Below, one piece after another: positions 48,646-58,459 of a DNA stretch of 64,000 nucleotides. A model generated the notes under the pieces. That model was not told the origin of the DNA and ran no database searches. It saw nothing but the letters and a program-made list of their open reading frames with translations. Position 1 is the first letter of the stretch. Each line of letters starts with the position of its first letter. Both the position numbers and the translations under genes were made by a program. Source of the DNA: an uncultured bacterium (GTDB taxonomy: Bacteria; Fidelibacterota; Marinisomatia; Marinisomatales; UBA1611); NCBI GenBank assembly GCA_943788175.1, contig CALSPG010000005.1, forward strand, positions 70,211 to 134,210, given 5' to 3'.

Positions 48646-49986
48646 ATGCCTCGTTTATCACAAAGACTTGAGCAAAAACAAAAGCTTGCTCCTAGGCAAG
48701 TATTGCAAGCTAGACTTCTTCAATTAAACACGATAAACCTTGAGCAAACAATTTTAAAGGAGCTTGAGCTTAATCCTATCTTAGAACAAGTAGAGCCGGA
48801 AGAATTCGAAGAGAAATCAATGGCCGAAGAGGTGTTGGAAGAACTTGATGCACCAATAGAAGATGTATATACGGATGAAAGTTCATACTACCTTGATCAA
48901 GAAAAAGCAGACTTACCAGTACCAGATAGGAATACTTTTATTGAAAAAATTATTGATCAATTAAAAGACTTAGGCCTCACAGACTTGGAAAAGGATATTG
49001 CAGAAGAAATACTTTGGAATATAAATGAAAGAGGCTATCTGGATACAGACCTAATACTAATTGCTGATAATTTTGGGTTGGAAGAGGAAGATCTTGAACC
49101 AATTCTTTTAGTCATACAGCGTATGAATCCAAAAGGTCTAGCATCTAGAAATCTTAAAGAGTGTTTAGCTATACAACTTGAAGATGACAAAGATTCTCTA
49201 TCCTACAGGATAGTATCAAAATATTTTGATGATTTTATGCATAAAAGATATGATAAAATTAAAATCAAACTAAAATGTTCAAGCTCAGAACTTCATGACG
49301 CTGTTAAAAAAATATCCAAATTAAACCCCCGCCCAGGAGAAGGGTATGCTGATAGCTTTCAAGTCATAATTCCTGATTTAGTCGTAAGAGAAGATGGGGA
49401 CGATTGGTTAATTACTACTAATGATGGTGGCGTTCCAGAACTTAGAATTAGTAAAACTTATGAAAATGGTATAGAAAATGGAGAGTTTGTTGGTAAGGCA
49501 AAAACGTTTGTGCGAGAAAAAATAGATTCAGCAAACTGGTTTATTGAAGCAGTCAAGCAAAGAAGAGTTACTATGGTTAATGTGATGAGGGCAATTATAA
49601 AAAATCAGCCTGAATGGTTTGCCGGGGATATGAATCACCTTAGTCCTCTTAAGTTGCAAGATATAGCGGAAGAAATTGGCATGGACATTTCTACAATTAG
49701 TAGGTCAACTCGTGGTAAGTTTGTAGATACTCCTCATGGAGTATTTGAACTAAAACATTACTTTACAGACGCAATAGAGCTTGAGAATGGAAAAATTCTA
49801 GGGACATTTGTAATCAAAAAAGAGTTGCAAAATATAATTAATTTAGAAAATAAAAAGATTCCATTTAATGATGACACTTTAGTTCAACTATTAAAGGATA
49901 AAGGTTATAAGCTTGCAAGAAGAACGGTGGCAAAGTATCGAGACCAGCTAGGTGTTCCCGTAGCAAGACTTAGAAAAGAAATATAA
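48646..49986 (+). CDS. rpoN: RNA polymerase sigma-54 factor
   Basis: It has the Gln/Leu-rich region I (LSQRLEQKQKLAPRQVLQARLLQL), a core-binding region, an HTH and the RpoN box ARRTVAKYR. Confidence 0.9.
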   Translation: MPRLSQRLEQKQKLAPRQVLQARLLQLNTINLEQTILKELELNPILEQVEPEEFEEKSMAEEVLEELDAPIEDVYTDESSYYLDQEKADLPVPDRNTFIEKIIDQLKDLGLTDLEKDIAEEILWNINERGYLDTDLILIADNFGLEEEDLEPILLVIQRMNPKGLASRNLKECLAIQLEDDKDSLSYRIVSKYFDDFMHKRYDKIKIKLKCSSSELHDAVKKISKLNPRPGEGYADSFQVIIPDLVVREDGDDWLITTNDGGVPELRISKTYENGIENGEFVGKAKTFVREKIDSANWFIEAVKQRRVTMVNVMRAIIKNQPEWFAGDMNHLSPLKLQDIAEEIGMDISTISRSTRGKFVDTPHGVFELKHYFTDAIELENGKILGTFVIKKELQNIINLENKKIPFNDDTLVQLLKDKGYKLARRTVAKYRDQLGVPVARLRKEI

Positions 49987-50003
49987 ACAGAGGAGATGTT
50001 AAC

Positions 50004-50978
50004 ATGGCAAGAAAAATAATCGTTGGTGATCAAGAGTTTACTATTCCTGATAAATTCCCAAAAAGTGGATTATCAATTGGGATACTTTTAGCCGCATTAT
50101 TCGCGGTTTGGAGTTCAGTATATCGGGTTGAATTAGAAGAGGAAGGCGTCTTGATGACGTTGGGAGAATATTCAGGGTTAGTACAATCGGGTATTCATTT
50201 AAAATGGCCTGCTCCAATTCAAACAGTTATAAAAATTCCTACAAAAAGAGAGCTAGAGATGGAATTTGGGCAACGTGGGACGACAGGATCTGACAGAAGA
50301 GTTAATCGCTCTGAAATTGAAGAGGAGTCTCTTATGCTAACGGGTGACTTGAATGTAGCTGTTGTTCCATGGAAAACGCAATATAGGATAGTTGAGCCAA
50401 GCAAGTTTTTATTTAAAGTGAAAGACCCAATTGGAACATTTCGCGATATGAATGAAGCTGTTATGCGTGAAGTTATTGGCGATAGGAGTGTTAACGAAGT
50501 TCTTACCGCTGGTCGCCAAGAGATTGCGGCAAAAATGGAAGTAAAGCTTCAAGAGATGTGTGACCAATATGAAAACGGAATAAAAATTAATAGAATTCTG
50601 CTTCAGAAAGTACTGCCTCCAAAACAGGTGCAGGATGCTTTCAATGAGGTAAATACTGCAGAGCAAGAAAAAGAGAAAATGATAAATCAAGCTCTGGGAG
50701 ATTATAATCGTATTATCCCTAGAGCTAGAGGTGAAGCAGAGCAAACTGTTCAACAAGCTGAAGGTTACTCAATGGACCGTATAAATAGAGCAAAGGGTGA
50801 TGCTTCGCTGTATAGTAATCTTTTAAAAGCATATAAAAAGTCACCAGAGGTGACAAAGGATAGGATTTATCTTGAAACAATGGCAAAGGTATATCCAAAT
50901 GTAAAACAAAAAATAATCTTAGATAAGGAATTAGAAGGTGTCTTGCCTCTTCTTCCACTTGGTCAGGAGAGCAAATAA
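50004..50978 (+). CDS. hflK: FtsH protease modulator HflK (SPFH/band-7)
   Basis: It has an N-terminal TM segment and an SPFH domain. The Glu/Ala-rich coiled region is RARGEAEQTVQQAEGY. It is paired with hflC, and a GAGGAG lies upstream. Confidence 0.85.
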   Translation: MARKIIVGDQEFTIPDKFPKSGLSIGILLAALFAVWSSVYRVELEEEGVLMTLGEYSGLVQSGIHLKWPAPIQTVIKIPTKRELEMEFGQRGTTGSDRRVNRSEIEEESLMLTGDLNVAVVPWKTQYRIVEPSKFLFKVKDPIGTFRDMNEAVMREVIGDRSVNEVLTAGRQEIAAKMEVKLQEMCDQYENGIKINRILLQKVLPPKQVQDAFNEVNTAEQEKEKMINQALGDYNRIIPRARGEAEQTVQQAEGYSMDRINRAKGDASLYSNLLKAYKKSPEVTKDRIYLETMAKVYPNVKQKIILDKELEGVLPLLPLGQESK

Positions 50979-51916
50979 TGGGAAAGTTAATTAGTATAAT
51001 TGTTACAGTTGGTATTTTTGCTGCAGTACTCATTTTCGGAGGAGCTTTTTATATTGTAAATGAAAGCGAGCAGGTCGTAATTACTCAGTTTGGTAAACCA
51101 GTTGGAGATCCAATAACAACACCTGGTTTGAAAATAAAAACTCCATTTTTAGAGACTGCAAATTATTTTGATAAAAGGTTCTTAGCTTGGGATGGAGAAC
51201 CGAAACAGGTTTCCACTAGAGATAAGCGTTTTATTAATATTAATACTTATGCTCGTTGGAGGATTTCAGACCCATTGCAGTATGCAAAAAGTTTATCTGA
51301 TGAGTCTAGAGCTAAGAATCGGATTGGTTCTGTACTCGAAGGCGCTACTCAAAATGCAATTGCAAAACACGATTTGATTGAGCTAGTCAGGACTACAAAC
51401 AGAGATTATATAGTAAATAATGAAGATACTAATGATCAGTCGAGTAAAGAAAAAACTGTAATAAAAAGTGGAAGAGATGAGTTGACTAGAGAAATACTAG
51501 AGATCGCCAAATCTAGTACAAGCGAGCTAGGTATAGAAATTCTAGATTTCCAGTTTAAGCGAATTAATTATGTACCCGAAGTGCGGAAAAAAGTATACGA
51601 ACGTATGGTTTCAGAGCGTAAGCGGATTGCAGAAGAGTTCCGTTCTCAAGGTGCAGGAGAGTCAGCTAGAATTAGCGGTCAAAAAGATAGAGACCTCAAA
51701 GAAATTACTTCAGATGCCTACAGGCGTTCTCAAGAAATCAAAGGTAAGGCAGACGCAAAGGCTGCTAATATATACGCAGCCGCCTACAATAAAGACCCGG
51801 CATTTTATCGTTTTATGAGAACTATGGAGATATATGGAGAGACTTTAGATAAAGAAACTATTTTGGTTTTAAGCACTGAAGGAGATTTCTTAAAGTATCT
51901 TGGATCTGTAAAATGA
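50978..51916 (+). CDS. hflC: FtsH protease modulator HflC (SPFH/band-7)
   Basis: It has an N-terminal TM segment, an SPFH domain and AFYRFMRTMEIY near the C-terminus. It overlaps hflK by 1 nt. Confidence 0.85.
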   Translation: MGKLISIIVTVGIFAAVLIFGGAFYIVNESEQVVITQFGKPVGDPITTPGLKIKTPFLETANYFDKRFLAWDGEPKQVSTRDKRFININTYARWRISDPLQYAKSLSDESRAKNRIGSVLEGATQNAIAKHDLIELVRTTNRDYIVNNEDTNDQSSKEKTVIKSGRDELTREILEIAKSSTSELGIEILDFQFKRINYVPEVRKKVYERMVSERKRIAEEFRSQGAGESARISGQKDRDLKEITSDAYRRSQEIKGKADAKAANIYAAAYNKDPAFYRFMRTMEIYGETLDKETILVLSTEGDFLKYLGSVK

Positions 51917-52458
51917 AAAACCAAAAAATAAGGTCAACTACCATTCTAGGTGTGCGCTCACAAAGAAAAGTTGCTATTGCAGGAGATGGGCAGGTTACTT
52001 TTGGAGATATGGCAATGAAACAGAAAGCTGTTAAAGTTAGAAAGTTTGATAGTCCAAAAGGCGGAGTCGTTGGTGGTTTTGCTGGCGCAGCTGCAGATGC
52101 TCTTACACTTTTTGAAAAATTTGAACAAAAGCTTGAGGAGTATGAAGGTGATTTAAAAAGGTCTGTGGTCGAAATGGCAAAGGATTGGAGAATGGATAAA
52201 ATGCTTCGTCATCTAGAAGCCTTATTATTAGTAATGGACAAAAAAGATAGTTTTATCATTGCTGGGGATGGAAATGTAATTGAGCCAGATGGACCTGTTG
52301 TTTCGATTGGTTCAGGAGGAGGTTTTGCGCAAGCAGCAGCTATTGCCTTTCATCAATCTGGAAAATACTCTGCAAAAAAAATTGCAGAAGAATCTTTAAA
52401 AATTGCTGCTGGATTATGTATTTATACAAATGATTCAATTACCGTATTGGAGCTTTAA
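51913..52458 (+). CDS. hslV: ATP-dependent protease subunit HslV (with an 8-residue N-terminal extension before the conserved TT)
   Basis: It reads ...STTILGVRSQRKVAIAGDGQVTFG, GFAGAAADALTLFEKFE and GSGGGFAQAAA. There is an ATGA overlap with hflC. Confidence 0.9.
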   Translation: MKNQKIRSTTILGVRSQRKVAIAGDGQVTFGDMAMKQKAVKVRKFDSPKGGVVGGFAGAAADALTLFEKFEQKLEEYEGDLKRSVVEMAKDWRMDKMLRHLEALLLVMDKKDSFIIAGDGNVIEPDGPVVSIGSGGGFAQAAAIAFHQSGKYSAKKIAEESLKIAAGLCIYTNDSITVLEL

Positions 52459-53798
52459 TGAAAGAACTTACCCCTAAACAGATTGTCCGCGAGCTTGATA
52501 AATACATAATTGGTCAATCAAAAGCTAAAAAAGCGGTTGCAATAGCTATGAGAAATAGATGGAGACGGCAACAAGTTGATGGTTATATGCGAAACGAAAT
52601 TATGCCAAATAACATAATAATGATAGGCTCTACAGGTGTTGGTAAAACTGAAATATCTAGGAGATTAGCTGCTTTGACTAGTGCTCCATTTGTAAAAGTG
52701 GAAGCTAGTAAATTTACTGAGGTTGGTTATGTAGGTAGAGACGTTGAATCCATGGTAAGAGATTTAATGGATACTTCTTTTAATATGGTACAGAGAGAAA
52801 AAGAAGAAGAGGTTGTCGAGTTAGCTGAAAGCATGGCAAACGAAAGAATCATAGATATCCTTTTTACAGAAAAGGACTCAAAAAAGTCTACATCGACTGA
52901 TGAAGCCAATGAGAGGCATGCAAAGACCCGAGCGAGACTTAGGAAAAAATTAGAAAACGGAGATTTTGAAGAAACTATAATTGAAATTGAAATTGAGCAA
53001 GAATCTATAGCTGGGATGCAAGTTTTAGGGCCGATTGGGATGGATGATTTTGGAATGAACATTAAAGATATGCTAAGTAATGCAATTCCTAAATCTAAAA
53101 AGCCTAGAAAAATGCCAGTAACTGAAGCGAGAGAAGTCCTTATTGATTCTGAAGCTCAGAAACTAATAGATAATGATGAAGTCATTCGCATAGCTAAGGA
53201 TAAAGTAGAGAATAATGGTATTATTTTTATAGATGAGATTGACAAAGTTGTTAATGGGAATGGCGGACAAGGGCCTGATGTGAGTAGGGAAGGAGTGCAA
53301 AGAGATTTATTACCAATTGTTGAAGGAAGTAACGTAAATACAAAATATGGGGTTGTCTCAACTGACCATATCTTATTTATTGCTGCTGGTGCTTTCCATA
53401 TAAGTACTCCTTCTGAGATGATTCCTGAACTGCAAGGTAGGTTCCCAATTAGAGTTGAATTAGATAAACTAAAAACAAAAGATTTTATAAAAATATTAAC
53501 CCACCCTAAATCAGCCTTGATTAAACAGTATGTTGCTCTTTTAGAAGCAGAGGGAGTTGTTCTCGAATTTGAGCCTTCCTCTATTAAAGCAATTTCAGAG
53601 CTTGCGACTGAAGTGAATACAAAAACTGAAAACATTGGGGCTAGGAGACTTCATACGATTATGACGACCTTGCTTGAGGAGCCGCTATATGAACATCCAA
53701 AAAAGGGCCAAACAAAATTAAAAATCACGGCAAAGTATGTAAAAGAAGCTTTGGGCGATATTGTTTTTGATGAAGATTTAAGTAGATACATTTTATAA
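52458..53798 (+). CDS. hslU: ATP-dependent protease ATPase subunit HslU
   Basis: Walker A is GSTGVGKTEISRRLA and Walker B is GIIFIDEIDK. It has an I-domain insertion and the C-terminus DEDLSRYIL. Confidence 0.95.
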   Translation: MKELTPKQIVRELDKYIIGQSKAKKAVAIAMRNRWRRQQVDGYMRNEIMPNNIIMIGSTGVGKTEISRRLAALTSAPFVKVEASKFTEVGYVGRDVESMVRDLMDTSFNMVQREKEEEVVELAESMANERIIDILFTEKDSKKSTSTDEANERHAKTRARLRKKLENGDFEETIIEIEIEQESIAGMQVLGPIGMDDFGMNIKDMLSNAIPKSKKPRKMPVTEAREVLIDSEAQKLIDNDEVIRIAKDKVENNGIIFIDEIDKVVNGNGGQGPDVSREGVQRDLLPIVEGSNVNTKYGVVSTDHILFIAAGAFHISTPSEMIPELQGRFPIRVELDKLKTKDFIKILTHPKSALIKQYVALLEAEGVVLEFEPSSIKAISELATEVNTKTENIGARRLHTIMTTLLEEPLYEHPKKGQTKLKITAKYVKEALGDIVFDEDLSRYIL

Positions 53799-53807
53799 GG
53801 AATAAAA

Positions 53808-54725
53808 ATGAAACACTTTTTACATATATCAGACTATAGTAATTCAGAATTATGGGAGATATTAAAATTAGCGAAAGATTTAAAATCTAAATTCCATTTA
53901 AGAGGTGATTATAAACTGTTTAAAAATAGATCTCTTGCAATGATATTTGCTAAACCTTCTGCGCGCACGAGAGTCTCATTTGAAACTGGTTTTGAATGGA
54001 TGGGTGGGCACGCACTTTTTCTTGGGCCTAATGATATTGGGATTGGTAAAAGAGAGGCCATCAAAGATATTTCAAGATTGTTTAGTAGATATAATGATGT
54101 AATAATGGCCCGCCTCTTTGACCACGATCATATCCTTGAATTAGCAGAGTATTCTACAATCCCTGTAATTAATGGATTAACAGACTATAATCATCCTTGT
54201 CAAATTATGACTGATATATTTACTGTCTGGGAACATCTTGAAGTCATTGATAATCCAAAAATTGTTTACATGGGAGATGGAAATAATATTGTTCATTCTT
54301 GGTTGCAATTGGCAATGAAAATCCCAATAGACTTTGTGTGTTGTTGTCCAGAAGGTTTTAAACCAGATGAAGCTACTTTACAAAAAGCTATTGATTCTGG
54401 AATTTCAAAAATAAATATATCGCATAACCCGAACATAGCTATCCTTAATGCTGATATTGTATATACAGATGTTTGGGCTTCAATGGGTCAAAAAGATGAA
54501 GCAGCTGAACGAGAAAAGTTATTTAATAGTTTCCAAGTCAATGAAGATTTAATAGAAAAGTCTGGTAAAAAGACACTTTTTATGCATTGTTTACCTGCAG
54601 AGAGAGGAAAGGAAGTCACGGATGGTGTTATGGAAGCTGATTACTCCATTGTGTTTGATCAAGCAGAAAATAGAATGCATGTGCAAAATGCAATTATGGC
54701 TTATTTATTTGAAAAAAATAGATAA
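53808..54725 (+). CDS. argF: Ornithine carbamoyltransferase
   Basis: The carbamoyl-phosphate site is SARTRVSFE. HPCQ, DVWASMGQ and HCLPAERG are present. Confidence 0.85.
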   Translation: MKHFLHISDYSNSELWEILKLAKDLKSKFHLRGDYKLFKNRSLAMIFAKPSARTRVSFETGFEWMGGHALFLGPNDIGIGKREAIKDISRLFSRYNDVIMARLFDHDHILELAEYSTIPVINGLTDYNHPCQIMTDIFTVWEHLEVIDNPKIVYMGDGNNIVHSWLQLAMKIPIDFVCCCPEGFKPDEATLQKAIDSGISKINISHNPNIAILNADIVYTDVWASMGQKDEAAEREKLFNSFQVNEDLIEKSGKKTLFMHCLPAERGKEVTDGVMEADYSIVFDQAENRMHVQNAIMAYLFEKNR

Positions 54726-54746
54726 GAATAGTTTTTACCTCAATTA

Positions 54747-57296
54747 CTAGTAATCCATATCCATTCCACCACCATTACCGCGGCCGCCAAAATTACGCCT
54801 GTTCCACTTCTTCTTTTGTTGCTTTCCAAAGTTATAATTTAGGTTAATGCTCATGTGTTTTTGTTGGCGTCTTCGTTCAGCATTCATTAATTGTGTGTAG
54901 GTTTCTTCAGAAATTGGGTTGGTTATTTGATTATCGGTATTAATAACAAATTTCTTTGTGTCGAAAATGTCATCAATTTTCACTGTTACACTTAATTTAT
55001 TATTTAAAAAAGATTTTTGAATACCCAAGTCAGCACTAAAGTTTCCAGGACTACTTCCAGTTGTAAACTTCATCTCACCTCTTCCTCCCATTGATAACTC
55101 TACCCTAGCAACTCTAGGAAGGTTAAGTGTTAACATGCTTCTGTAGTATGCACCTTCTGAATTACCATTAAGGTCAGATTCTCCATTTCCAGAGGTTTTA
55201 CTATTCCAAGACCAGCGAGATAACATGATATTAATTAAAGGCATTGGGCGATAATTTAATATCAGGCTGCTTCCAATATTTTCTGAATTTTCTGAATTAT
55301 CTGCAGTCATTATTTCATAAACTTTTCCTTCGTATTCAAACATGTCTCTATCCCACCACATGATATTATCTTTTACAAGCTTATATGAAATACCAGCATT
55401 TACATTCAGTTTTCTTGAATTACTTGAAAATTTCATTTCTGCTACATCCGCATATTCAGGATCAAGGTAGGGATTTCCATTACGTATTCTTGAAATATCA
55501 AAAGTGTTTCTTGGAAAAGGGCTTATGGTACGGCGCCCAGGCCTGTTTACTTTTTTTGAATATCCAAGCTGTATTGTTTGCATTGATGAAAGCTTATAAA
55601 TAAAAAATACACTGGGGTATACTTTTGAGTATGGATTAATGTAAGGAGATTCTTCCACAGCATTATTTATAATTGCAGATATAATGTTACTACTATCTGG
55701 ATTTAAATCATTCTCTGGGTCCGAATCAAGAGATGCTTTTGTCTCAACTTTTTCAAAACGAGCGCCTGCTTTTATACCAAAGCGATCTGAGATGTCGTAG
55801 GTAAAACTCGTATAAGCAGCATAAATATCTTCATTGTATTTATTATTGTACAATTGTTGCAAATAATTATAATCTGTTGAAAATGATTTTAAATTAGTTT
55901 TAAAACCTGTTTCAATTGATATTTTTTCATTTATTTGATCTTCATAATCCATACTAAAAGTAACACTATTGATTTTTTCTTTAAAATCTGTATCCTGATT
56001 TGTATTTAAATCATCATTCAACGAACTATTTTCAAAGTTAGACTGTGTTACATCATCTTCTTCAAGGTTAAGATCAAGGCTTGCTGTTAGTTTGCGATCA
56101 GTCGTTCCAAATTTGTTTTCGTAACTAATTGAATGGTCATGATGTTTCCCTTTATTTACTGACTCTGATTCAATAACTCTTGAAGGGGGGCTAGTGATTT
56201 CTAGATTTTCTTTCGTTGTTTCTTCATGGTCTCCAAATGCATAGGTGTAAGAAACTGAACTGTTACTACTTGGGTAATAATCTCCTCCAAGCCTGATTCC
56301 AATATTCGCTGGATTTTTAATTCTCAATGTGTTTTGGGATATAGAAGAATCTCTATCGGCATATTGGTAGGTGAAATTTCTATACCCTTTACCAATATTG
56401 TTTCCAGACCTTGTACTTGCACCTCCAAACAGATTCCATTTTTCACTACGATAGTTAATATTGCTGTTTAAATTTCTTTTTTCGTATTCTCCAGCCATTC
56501 CAGATATCGTGCCATTAAAACCATCTAAAGCGCCTCTTTTCATAACGATATTGATTATACCGCCCACTCCATCAGGGTCATACTTTGCAGATGGGTTTGT
56601 GATGACTTCTACTTTTTCTACCATTCCTACATTAATATTATCTACGACTCCTCGCCTGTTTGAACCAGTGATTCCAGAACGCTTTCCATCAATTAAAATA
56701 GTAACATTTGCATCACCCGCTATTGAGACTTCTCCATCAATATTTACATCAAGAGTAGGAACTTTTCGAAGGAGGTCAAATCCTGTGCCACCAGCAGCTG
56801 TAAGGTTTTTTCCCACCTTAAAAATTTGTTTATCAACTGTTTGAATAAACTGGCTTTCATCTCCAACTACTTCTACTGCGCCTAGGTTTACACTCGAGAT
56901 TTTTAAGGAAATCTCACCCATATAATGTTTAATACTTCCGCTTTGACCAGTTGCTTTCCCAGGGAATATATTTAATGGGCCGATTTCTTTTTTTGCATAG
57001 CCTATAAACTCAACCATAACTATGTATTGCCCCAGAGGTATTTCTCGAACAATAAAGCTACCATCTTTTTTTGATAGCCCACCTGTAACTACACTTCCGT
57101 CACGATTATCAATTAAAGAAATTGATGCATATTCAATTGGCATTCCAGAACTTGAGTCATTTACAGTTCCTTGAATCATTCCTATTGCCGGCATTTTTGG
57201 TTTTTTGCTATGACCTCCATGAGCTATTAGATGGTCAATTGATAAATAAAATAAAGAGATTAATGTTAACATTAATCTTGTAGAGTTTTTTGACAT
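54747..57296 (-). CDS. Outer-membrane beta-barrel receptor-like protein with an N-terminal CarboxypepD_reg domain (TonB-dependent-receptor-like, OMP_b-brl_3 type)
   Basis: It has a signal peptide and a carboxypeptidase-regulatory-like fold (GTVNDSSSGMPIEYASISLIDNRDGSVVTGGLSKKDGSFIV). A plug-like region (VEKVEVITNPSAKYDPDG) and a long barrel follow. The basic/Gly-rich tail is RRNFGGRGNGGGMDMDY. Confidence 0.75.
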   Translation of the reverse strand: MSKNSTRLMLTLISLFYLSIDHLIAHGGHSKKPKMPAIGMIQGTVNDSSSGMPIEYASISLIDNRDGSVVTGGLSKKDGSFIVREIPLGQYIVMVEFIGYAKKEIGPLNIFPGKATGQSGSIKHYMGEISLKISSVNLGAVEVVGDESQFIQTVDKQIFKVGKNLTAAGGTGFDLLRKVPTLDVNIDGEVSIAGDANVTILIDGKRSGITGSNRRGVVDNINVGMVEKVEVITNPSAKYDPDGVGGIINIVMKRGALDGFNGTISGMAGEYEKRNLNSNINYRSEKWNLFGGASTRSGNNIGKGYRNFTYQYADRDSSISQNTLRIKNPANIGIRLGGDYYPSSNSSVSYTYAFGDHEETTKENLEITSPPSRVIESESVNKGKHHDHSISYENKFGTTDRKLTASLDLNLEEDDVTQSNFENSSLNDDLNTNQDTDFKEKINSVTFSMDYEDQINEKISIETGFKTNLKSFSTDYNYLQQLYNNKYNEDIYAAYTSFTYDISDRFGIKAGARFEKVETKASLDSDPENDLNPDSSNIISAIINNAVEESPYINPYSKVYPSVFFIYKLSSMQTIQLGYSKKVNRPGRRTISPFPRNTFDISRIRNGNPYLDPEYADVAEMKFSSNSRKLNVNAGISYKLVKDNIMWWDRDMFEYEGKVYEIMTADNSENSENIGSSLILNYRPMPLINIMLSRWSWNSKTSGNGESDLNGNSEGAYYRSMLTLNLPRVARVELSMGGRGEMKFTTGSSPGNFSADLGIQKSFLNNKLSVTVKIDDIFDTKKFVINTDNQITNPISEETYTQLMNAERRRQQKHMSINLNYNFGKQQKKKWNRRNFGGRGNGGGMDMDY

Positions 57297-57352
57297 TTGA
57301 ATCCTTGAGTTATATGATATTAGACTGTGGGTATACTAAAAAGTTAAATATT

Positions 57353-58459
57353 TTAATCAGTACTATTCCAATGAATATCCATGGTATGATATTGTGCTTT
57401 TCTACGGTTTTTTATTTTGACAGGAAAGTTGTAGGTTGCTGTCTCTCCTGGCTCCAAAGCCGTATCTGCAATAACACCGGAATTATAAATTATTCTTGAA
57501 CCTTTAACAAAGGCAGAATCTTGTCCTGCTAGTTTAGTTGTCTGTGTGAATAAATTTGAAACAACTCTAACAAAGTCAGCTCTTCTTTTTCCAACATTTT
57601 TTATTTTACCAGAAAATTCGTGTCTGTCTGGATATATATTAACAAAAGGGTCACCTAAAAATATAACTTTTGGTTCTGGTGGTTCATGTTTATTTCGTCT
57701 AATCACCATCTCTTTTTTTAATACTAATTGACCTATTTGTGTTTTTAATACCATTGATGAATCTGTTTCGCTTAAGATATCACCCATGACGACTGTTCCA
57801 TTTTTCAATTCAATTTTATATTGAAATTCAGGTATTTTTATTAAGTCTAATATCTCTCGACTAACATTTGGCATCGTTTGTTTTTTTTCAAAAGCGGTGA
57901 CAATACTTTTTAATGAATCTATTTGATTTTTCAATTCTCTTAAATTTGATTCATACTCAAAAAATTGATCTTCAAACTGTAACTTATCTACCTGTTCAAA
58001 TCGCCTTACTTGTGGAAGAAGATCACTTTCTTTTTGTGTTTGAAGCGGTGTGTTAAGAGTTTGTAATTGGTCCGGCTTATCGAGCGAAGAAATTTTCGAG
58101 TCTTCATTATCCTTTTGTTCTGTTTCTTTAACTATATTGATAATCAAATCTAAGTTTTCAACATTATCATCCATCACAGAAACAGGATTAGAACTTTTAA
58201 CCCCAGCATTTATGTTTATTGTGTATTTGCCACTACTAATTTTTTTAAGTTTAAAATCGCCTTTTCGATTTAACTTTGTCTTTTTAACCTCTGAGCCATC
58301 GGTATCTTTTATTAAAGTCACGGAACCTTTTTTAATAATATTTCCATCTTGATCTTTAACGCTTCCTGATATTGTATAACTAGCTTGAACAGTATTTAAA
58401 AACCACGTGCAGAACAATAATATGATAAATATTTGTTTTTTATTCATGTTCTCTTTCAT
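57353..58459 (-). CDS. Hypothetical exported protein: CarboxypepD_reg-like domain + coiled coil + C-terminal beta-sandwich
   Basis: It has a signal peptide and YTISGSVKDQDGNIIKKGSVTLIKDTDGSEVKKTKLNRKGDFKLKKISSGKYTININ. A central heptad-like region reads ESNLRELKNQIDSLKSIV. Confidence 0.5.
   Translation of the reverse strand: MKENMNKKQIFIILLFCTWFLNTVQASYTISGSVKDQDGNIIKKGSVTLIKDTDGSEVKKTKLNRKGDFKLKKISSGKYTININAGVKSSNPVSVMDDNVENLDLIINIVKETEQKDNEDSKISSLDKPDQLQTLNTPLQTQKESDLLPQVRRFEQVDKLQFEDQFFEYESNLRELKNQIDSLKSIVTAFEKKQTMPNVSREILDLIKIPEFQYKIELKNGTVVMGDILSETDSSMVLKTQIGQLVLKKEMVIRRNKHEPPEPKVIFLGDPFVNIYPDRHEFSGKIKNVGKRRADFVRVVSNLFTQTTKLAGQDSAFVKGSRIIYNSGVIADTALEPGETATYNFPVKIKNRRKAQYHTMDIHWNSTD

Noticed and set aside
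51192-51818. Two same-strand ORFs (51192-51377 and 51570-51818) nested out of frame inside hflC.
   Set aside because: hflC is intact and conserved across this span. The nested ORFs have no motifs and no start context.
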